DNA from: Candidatus Micrarchaeota archaeon
GTDB taxonomy: Archaea; B1Sed10-29
DNA length: 21,610 bases
Assembly (NCBI GenBank): GCA_964388265.1
Contig: CAYLXZ010000007.1
Location: 8,241 to 29,850 of the forward strand
Direction of reading: 5' to 3'
In this document: positions 15,861 to 21,610 of the stretch, piece by piece
Layout: each line of letters begins with the position of its first letter
How positions within the stretch are numbered: position 1 is the stretch's first letter
The notes under the pieces: generated by a model
Databases searched by the model: none
Told to the model about the DNA's origin: nothing
What the model saw: only the letters and a program-made list of their open reading frames with translations
Made by a program: the position numbers and the translations under genes

Positions 15861-15999
15861 CTGTTCCACCTCCTTTTGAGGTGAGTGTTCTTATTGCTGA
15901 TCTTACGGCTTCGGAGCGGGTTGGATATGTTCCTTCGGCTACTTCTTTGTCGAGTCTTTTTTTAAGTTCTTTGGTTAGTCTTACTTGTACGGGATCCAT
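15853..15999 (-). CDS. Ribbon-helix-helix (CopG/CdrS-like) transcriptional regulator, 48 aa, absent from the ORF track
   Basis: MDPVQVRLTKELKKRLDKEVAEGTYPTRSEAVRSAIRTLTSKGGGTDE*; GAGGAG RBS; stop overlaps the next ATG. Confidence 0.88.
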   Translation of the reverse strand: MDPVQVRLTKELKKRLDKEVAEGTYPTRSEAVRSAIRTLTSKGGGTDE

Positions 16000-16019
16000 T
16001 TTGATCTCCTCGGAAATGC

Positions 16020-16082
16020 GTAACTACTTATCTGTAGTTACACATTACTGTTGTAGTTTACCTGCACTACGCTTTATAAATA
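16020..16082 (-). promoter_or_regulatory. Promoter and palindromic operator of the RHH operon
   Basis: GTAACTAC-ttatct-GTAGTTAC (16020-16041), further TAC/GTA half-sites, and minus-strand TATTTATAAA at 16073-16082. Confidence 0.65.
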
Positions 16083-16119
16083 TTACGTTTTTGCAGGGGG
16101 GGTAACTAAAAAGAATCCC

Positions 16120-16410
16120 TTACCCTCCGAGGAGTTGAGCCATCTCTGCGGAGTAGTATTCCTGTGACTTGCGTTTCCGCCTTTCTCTAAGTAGAATTAG
16201 AACAGCGAGCAGGGCTAAGGCTACGAACCAGTACTCCTGCAGTCCGAATATTTCTAAGAAAGCTATGCTACCTACTGCTACTATGAATATAGATATGCTT
16301 CTAAGAAGTATCAGTATTAGGATTAATCCTCCTATGAATAGCCAGGTTATCCCTTGTGTGTATGCCATGAAGGATATTAATAGTAGTACGATGGCTGAGA
16401 AGGGATCCAT
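16120..16410 (-). CDS. Small, very hydrophobic membrane protein (3-4 short TM) with a basic tail
   Basis: 96 aa; starts 4 nt after the upstream stop. Confidence 0.85.
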   Translation of the reverse strand: MDPFSAIVLLLISFMAYTQGITWLFIGGLILILILLRSISIFIVAVGSIAFLEIFGLQEYWFVALALLAVLILLRERRKRKSQEYYSAEMAQLLGG

Positions 16411-16414
16411 TTTA

Positions 16415-16657
16415 TCAGTCCTCGTCGTCGCTTTCGGCCATTGCTTCTGCGAATCCTTTGAATACTGGGTATCCGAAGAAGAGTATTACTGCTATTATGA
16501 GGAGTTCGTAGTGGCTGAAGAATGTTAGGTAGGCTATTACGGCTGCGAGTATTACTCCAAGTGGCTTGTTGTCGAGTATGTCGGTGCTCCATTTGAGGAG
16601 GAATATGAATGCTATTATTGTGAATGCGAGTCTTAGGTCGCTCCATAGCGCGGACAT
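16415..16657 (-). CDS. Small membrane protein, paralog family B
   Basis: IFLLKWSTDILDNKPLGVILAAVIAYLTF; GGTGA RBS. Confidence 0.85.
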   Translation of the reverse strand: MSALWSDLRLAFTIIAFIFLLKWSTDILDNKPLGVILAAVIAYLTFFSHYELLIIAVILFFGYPVFKGFAEAMAESDDED

Positions 16658-16716
16658 TTATTCACCTTGTTTATATTTATTCACTTGTAATTTATATCCC
16701 ATGGTATTCAAGGGGG

Positions 16717-17022
16717 TTAGTCTCCTTTTATTCCGAAGATTATTATGGATGATATGAATCCGAATCCGATGCTTCCGGCTATCCAGTAGAACATGAATAG
16801 GGCTCCGATCACGTACCATAGTCTGTAGAATAGGTAGATTAGGAATCCTGCGGTTACGTATTTAATTGGCTTGCTTCTTATTCTTTTGCTGACCATGGCG
16901 TAGATTTCTATTGAGACTGCGAAGAAGAAAACCCATTTGAACTGTGGTAGGAGCTTTGCAAGGATTAGTGGAAGGGATATTATGAATCCGAATATCAGTG
17001 CTTTTAGTAGGTTCGCGTTCAT
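16717..17022 (-). CDS. Small membrane protein, probable paralog family B
   Basis: IEIYAMVSKRIRSKPIKYVTAGFLIYLF; GGGTGA RBS. Confidence 0.8.
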   Translation of the reverse strand: MNANLLKALIFGFIISLPLILAKLLPQFKWVFFFAVSIEIYAMVSKRIRSKPIKYVTAGFLIYLFYRLWYVIGALFMFYWIAGSIGFGFISSIIIFGIKGD

Positions 17023-17033
17023 GTTTGTTCACC

Positions 17034-17351
17034 CTATGCTTTCCTCGCTTTCTTCACTTTGGATTTTTTCTTTTTAGCTTCTTCTGCACCGGCTCCTCCT
17101 CCGAGTGCGAGGTCGAACATCAGGTTCAGAGGCCCGTGTGGCAGTACGACTATGAGTAGGATTATAGGTATCCATAGTCCAGCCCATCTGAACAGTAGGA
17201 GGTATGATAGTACGAGTGTAATTAATGTGACCGCGGTTGAATCTGTTATTCTTCTTCTAACCCAGTGTATTATGAAAACGAGGCACAGTAATCTCACTCC
17301 AAGTAACACCAGGTCTATTAACCCGAGGCTCGGCATCAGTGATTCCAGCAT
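17034..17351 (-). CDS. Small membrane protein, paralog family B
   Basis: VFIIHWVRRRITDSTAVTLITLVLSYLLL; Lys-rich tail. Confidence 0.85.
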   Translation of the reverse strand: MLESLMPSLGLIDLVLLGVRLLCLVFIIHWVRRRITDSTAVTLITLVLSYLLLFRWAGLWIPIILLIVVLPHGPLNLMFDLALGGGAGAEEAKKKKSKVKKARKA

Positions 17352-17398
17352 CTGTTTTTCATCCTCTCTCAGTTTTTGTTAGGGACATTAAAAAGGGC

Positions 17399-20300
17399 TT
17401 ATGACATTTCTTCAACGTCAAGCCCTTCGAATCTGTAGCCCCATCCTTCGTGGTCCGTTTTTCCACCTGTGCCTTCGGCTCCGAGTTCTGTGTCGAGTGT
17501 GTAGTGCCATTCACAGAAGTTATCCTTGTTTACGTTACAGTTTCTTCCTAGTCCAAATGCTAACCTGTGTCTGTTTTCCCCTGGGTTAACTAGGAATATA
17601 TCGTTTTCCTCTCTGTCTTTGTCCCAATCTGTGGCAGTGAAGTCGAGTTTTCGAGTTTGGCCTGGTTGTTGTTTATCATCGATTTTATTGCTTTTCTTAC
17701 TATTACATCCTGGTCCTGTGCATCTTTTCCCGTATCTTAACATGCTTTTTGTAGGGATTTCTGCTATTTTTTCCAGGTTATCTTCTTTGATGTCCAGTAC
17801 TATCCCGCTTTCTCCTCTTGCTGTTATAAATATTTCTCTATGGTCATCTGGCTTGTTGTCGAAGTCTCCTATGGTTGCTGAAGGCTCGTAGTAATGTTTA
17901 AAGTCCATGATATCGCCCGATTCAAATCCCCCATTTTGATCATCTACAAAGGATGGATTGGTGTAGAGGGATTTTATAGGGTTTGCTATGATTGAATTGC
18001 CCTTTGTTCTCACCAGGATAGCGTCATCATCTGGGTTCCTTGGATCTTCTAATAGATCCCCTATCTCGTTGACTGACCCCAGTTTTCCCGCTATCTTCGT
18101 GTTTGATGGGTTCTCTCCAACGTTCGGGCTGTGGGGAAGCCCGGTTACATTATGCTTGTGGATGTTATCTGTTGCTAGATTGTCGTTGAGCAGTACCTGG
18201 TGTAAGTCACCGTATTTACCTATTAATCCGGCGGAGGTCTTGTATTCCTTATCTAATAACCACCATTGATCTTTTCCGTCTTTTGTTTTTTCCCAGGTTT
18301 CGCATATTCTATCGTTATTGTAATCGCAGTTTTCACCGACTATGTATATTACTCTTTCTCCTCCTCCGGTTCGGTCTATGGTATTGAACATTATGAGATC
18401 GTTCTTCTTTCCATCGTTATCTCCATCGAAGAGCTTCATGAATTGTTGATTGTCATCGATGTTGTTCAGTGGCCCGTTAAACTGTTCCTTGAGATTTTTC
18501 TCTATTCGGAAGGTTTTGATCTTACAGCTTAATTTGTTGTCTATGATATCTCCGTTTTGAGTTCCCTGTGCTTCGTAGGGTAACGTGCAGTTGGAGAATA
18601 TCTTCACTTTATTCCTATGTTTTATTTTATCGGTTCCAAAACCTGCAGATTGTCTTATGGCTATTTCTCCTCCTGCTATGAATGTTCGGCCACCTCCACT
18701 TGTGTCTCCGCAGATTCTCGCTGGTGTTTTGCCTTTGTTTTGGGTTATTCTTTCTATGTATACCTCTGAATCTTCTTCTTTGTATGTTATTATGTAGTCG
18801 TTTCCGCTTACTATTCCGTCTCCTTCTACGTCTATGTCGTCGAATGACCCGTGGGTTAATCCACATAGATGATTTTCTTTGATGTGGTATATTCTGGAGA
18901 AACCGTCACTGTTCTCGATGGTTTCGTGGAGTTTTTCGCCTGTAATCTCTTCATTAACTTTATATATTGTTGCCCCTGTTCTTTTGTAATCGCCTGGTGG
19001 TTGTTCCTCATGCCATTTATTCAGCATAGTTCTTACTTCGTCTGCTGACCCGAATAGGTATAGGCCTGTTCTTGTTTTCTTTCCTATTGGTTGTTCTGGG
19101 ATTTTGAATGGGTAGCTGTTTTCGTAGGAAGTTAGGTATTTATTGAATTTTTCTTGGTAGATTCCTCCGCTCGCGCTTACTCCTGCTACTACAGCTGCTT
19201 TTCCTATTTTACCTGTTCGTTTTGTTGTGAATGCTCCAGTCTCTTCTGGTAGGCTAAGCTCTTCTATGAGGAACCCCTCAACAGAGTCTTCTATTGATCC
19301 TGAGGAGGTGTTCCAGTATATGTTAGGTGCTTTATCTGGCATTTTCAGCTTCCCATTTTCTATCATGAATAGCTTGGTAGCTGTCTTATCATCGTCTGGG
19401 TTCACGAGCCCTGTGAGGTTGCTGAGGAAGCTTTTCAGGTCTTGGTTGTCCGCGTAGTGTAGGGTAAGTGTTTCACCGCCTGTGGATAGGTAGGTTTTTT
19501 CTCCTTTATCGAGATCTCCTTCGATTTTAAAGGAAGATTCTGCTATATCATCTGCAGTCCATTCTGACTTATCTAAATCGTACTGTGCGCTGATCAGATT
19601 TTCTACATCTTCTTTGAACTCACCTGCGTTTATACCTGTTTGGAATGCTGGCAGGTTGCTTTCCTTGCTGAGCGTTAGTAGTAGTTGGAAGTTTTGTATT
19701 CCATTTGTCTTTATTTTTGTTTTTTCTGCGATTGATATGTTTATAGGGGAGTTTTCATTTGGTGAGGTGAGGGTTACATTGTATTCTCCTGCTCCGCGGG
19801 GGAACCCGTTCTTCACCACTATATCGCATTCGTCTCTGACATTATCGTCAGTACAGGTTTCTGGAATACTATTTATATCATTGAGGTAGTCTTTGAAATT
19901 GGATTTTGTAGGTTTTTGATTAACCAGCATGACTTCGCGGGTTGTTTCTCCTTCCCAGTTTTCCCCTGCTTTGAGGTAGGTTTTCAGGTTGTTGGTGAGT
20001 ATGTCTATGGTGCAGAATTGGCTGCTGCAGTCTGGGTTTGCATCGTTGTAACCGGCTATTTCAAGCGGTGCGAAGTAAGCTCCTTGGAGCTGTGATTCAT
20101 CTTTTTCTGTAACCATGAGGCTTCTGTTCCATGTTCTTTCCACGCTTATATATCTGTTGTCTTCATTTGCCTTTTCAAAGGTTCCTGTGATACCGAGAGT
20201 TAATTCAATAAAGTTGGGTATTCCCGCGGCATATGTAAGACCCACGTATCTTCCGGTTTCTCCATAACCTCCGTATGTGCCTCTTATATCTATATCCAGA

Positions 20301-21610
20301 TTATCTTCATAGTTTCCATTTCGGTATCCTTTTATATTCAACCAGGATCCATCTTCACTTAGGGACGGTACTTCACATCCTTCTTTTGTTTCAAAGCCGA
20401 TGCGTTTTTCGTCTTCTTCGTTCGGATTTATTTCTGAGAGGCCAGCGGTTTTCGGGTCAATGCAGTTTGTTAGGTTGAATGTTTTGCTTTCTATACTGTA
20501 TTCATCGCTTTCCACGTCTATTGTGATTGTTTTTGGGTTTTCTTCAAGTTCTTCAGGGTTACTGGTATCTAAACTACATTTGAAGTGGTCTATGGTGGTC
20601 TGTGCTCCTACTTCTTCTTCTATCACGCATTCGCCTGAAGTGTCTCCTATTCCTGACCCACTTAATTTTATTTTATCTATACCGGAACTGTAGTTTGCCG
20701 GTCCTCCAGCTAATTTGTTTTTTATCCTTATTCCTGTTTCTGTGTCGAGTACGTGGAACTTATCTTTTCCTATATTGATTTCGGCAGGAGTTACTCCTTG
20801 TACGTTGAAGCCGAAGTACGTGTCGTCATCCTGTGTTAGTTCGGATGTTAAGTATGCGTCGCTGCTTCTTACGACTTTTCCTCTGAACTCTATCTCTACG
20901 CTGTCCCCTGTTTCCAATTTTTTAGGTTCTTCGACGAATGAAACGGTTCCCTTGTACTCGTCTGATTGGGAGCATCCGCCGTATTCTTGCCCTATTTCTT
21001 CGCCGTCTCTCTTCATTTTCTCGCATTTAACTATCTCGTGTTTGCTGTTTATCTTAAGCTCTCCACCTAAGTCCTTGTTTCCGTAGTTCTGTATCTCTAA
21101 GGTTAATTTCACTTTGTCTCCTGGCTTGACGTTATCCTTGGTTGTTGGTACCCATTCACCGTCTTCGTCTTTGGTTTCCTTGATCTTAGTGAAGGATATG
21201 CCTTCTACTTCTGTCACGTTGATTCTGTAGGGTTTCTTTCCGGCTGCCCATTCGTTAGGTGGGTTTGCGATTATGTAGGTTTGTCCACCTTCTTTTGCGT
21301 TTGCTACGACGGTTGTTTCGGAGGTTTCTCCCGCAGGAAGGGCTTTTTCTTCGAAGGATACTCCTATCGTGCCTTTATCGCAGGTCATTCTACTTATATC
21401 TCCTTCTTTGTCCCAGCTTTCGCTTTCATCGCAGTTGAAGTCAGTTTTTTCAGTGTTCTCTATTGTCAGTTGATTTGTGTCTAAGTCTTCGTTTTTGTTG
21501 TTTGTAACTTCTATTTTTAGTTTTATTTCGTCTCCCTGCATTACACCGTATTTTTCATGGTCTTCGGAGCTGTAATCTTTCCATTCACCGGTTTCAGGAT
21601 CCTTTATCAT
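17399..21610 (-). CDS. Very large extracellular/surface protein, probably 5'-partial
   Basis: Frame open to the window edge; two Ig/CARDB-like units (QGDEIKLKIEVTN, PGDKVKLTLEIQN), many Cys pairs, DxDxD loops, no C-terminal TM. Confidence 0.85.
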   Translation of the reverse strand: MIKDPETGEWKDYSSEDHEKYGVMQGDEIKLKIEVTNNKNEDLDTNQLTIENTEKTDFNCDESESWDKEGDISRMTCDKGTIGVSFEEKALPAGETSETTVVANAKEGGQTYIIANPPNEWAAGKKPYRINVTEVEGISFTKIKETKDEDGEWVPTTKDNVKPGDKVKLTLEIQNYGNKDLGGELKINSKHEIVKCEKMKRDGEEIGQEYGGCSQSDEYKGTVSFVEEPKKLETGDSVEIEFRGKVVRSSDAYLTSELTQDDDTYFGFNVQGVTPAEINIGKDKFHVLDTETGIRIKNKLAGGPANYSSGIDKIKLSGSGIGDTSGECVIEEEVGAQTTIDHFKCSLDTSNPEELEENPKTITIDVESDEYSIESKTFNLTNCIDPKTAGLSEINPNEEDEKRIGFETKEGCEVPSLSEDGSWLNIKGYRNGNYEDNLDIDIRGTYGGYGETGRYVGLTYAAGIPNFIELTLGITGTFEKANEDNRYISVERTWNRSLMVTEKDESQLQGAYFAPLEIAGYNDANPDCSSQFCTIDILTNNLKTYLKAGENWEGETTREVMLVNQKPTKSNFKDYLNDINSIPETCTDDNVRDECDIVVKNGFPRGAGEYNVTLTSPNENSPINISIAEKTKIKTNGIQNFQLLLTLSKESNLPAFQTGINAGEFKEDVENLISAQYDLDKSEWTADDIAESSFKIEGDLDKGEKTYLSTGGETLTLHYADNQDLKSFLSNLTGLVNPDDDKTATKLFMIENGKLKMPDKAPNIYWNTSSGSIEDSVEGFLIEELSLPEETGAFTTKRTGKIGKAAVVAGVSASGGIYQEKFNKYLTSYENSYPFKIPEQPIGKKTRTGLYLFGSADEVRTMLNKWHEEQPPGDYKRTGATIYKVNEEITGEKLHETIENSDGFSRIYHIKENHLCGLTHGSFDDIDVEGDGIVSGNDYIITYKEEDSEVYIERITQNKGKTPARICGDTSGGGRTFIAGGEIAIRQSAGFGTDKIKHRNKVKIFSNCTLPYEAQGTQNGDIIDNKLSCKIKTFRIEKNLKEQFNGPLNNIDDNQQFMKLFDGDNDGKKNDLIMFNTIDRTGGGERVIYIVGENCDYNNDRICETWEKTKDGKDQWWLLDKEYKTSAGLIGKYGDLHQVLLNDNLATDNIHKHNVTGLPHSPNVGENPSNTKIAGKLGSVNEIGDLLEDPRNPDDDAILVRTKGNSIIANPIKSLYTNPSFVDDQNGGFESGDIMDFKHYYEPSATIGDFDNKPDDHREIFITARGESGIVLDIKEDNLEKIAEIPTKSMLRYGKRCTGPGCNSKKSNKIDDKQQPGQTRKLDFTATDWDKDREENDIFLVNPGENRHRLAFGLGRNCNVNKDNFCEWHYTLDTELGAEGTGGKTDHEGWGYRFEGLDVEEMS

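Noticed and set aside
12000..17351. Gas vesicle, A/V-type ATPase, archaellum or type IV pilus operon
   Set aside because: No GvpA-like sequence, no c-subunit carboxylate motif, no class III signal peptides and no intact secretion ATPase recognisable.
254..21484. Many opposite-strand or alternate-frame ORFs rich in F/S/L (e.g. 254-583, 3002-3262, 9255-9653, 13205-13720, 17526-17891)
   Set aside because: They are shadows of purine-rich E/K-coding genes, lack RBSs and overlap better-supported CDSs.
1..21610. CRISPR array
   Set aside because: No regularly spaced repeat-spacer series; the repeats found occur 2-3 times at irregular distances of 150 bp to several kb.

Overview
Archaeal chromosomal window. 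Evidence for this: GGTGA/GGAGG Shine-Dalgarno sites, TATA boxes, tRNAs without encoded CCA, a bulge-helix-bulge tRNA intron, type II MetAP and archaeal PolB. The compact layout and E/K-rich proteins suggest a DPANN-type, possibly salt-adapted lineage (inference). There are three zones. (1) 1-4806 is an AT-rich accessory region downstream of tRNA-Thr(GGT), divided by two extra copies of the tRNA 3' end (42-54, 1748-1762). It carries RelBE-like and HEPN/MNT toxin-antitoxin pairs and orphan membrane/secreted genes. (2) 4807-11925 is housekeeping: tRNA-Thr, tmk, Na/Pi cotransporter, PH-domain protein, tRNA-Leu(CAG), intron-containing tRNA-Arg(TCG), a membrane protein, map and polB. The tRNA-Leu 3' end is also duplicated, in the same 13-nt register, and T/A hairpin elements sit at the tRNA junctions and inside the tRNA-Arg intron. 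(3) 12000-21610 is an uncharacterised cluster: two coiled-coil proteins, a HerA/FtsK/VirB4-like protein with degenerate Walker motifs, an unannotated 48-aa CdrS-like ribbon-helix-helix regulator heading four paralogous small genes, a second set of small membrane proteins, and a >1400-aa surface protein cut by the window edge. The best candidates for undescribed biology are the zone 3 membrane machine and the tRNA-3'-end insertion/hairpin system. All family calls come from motif recognition by eye; no database searches were run.
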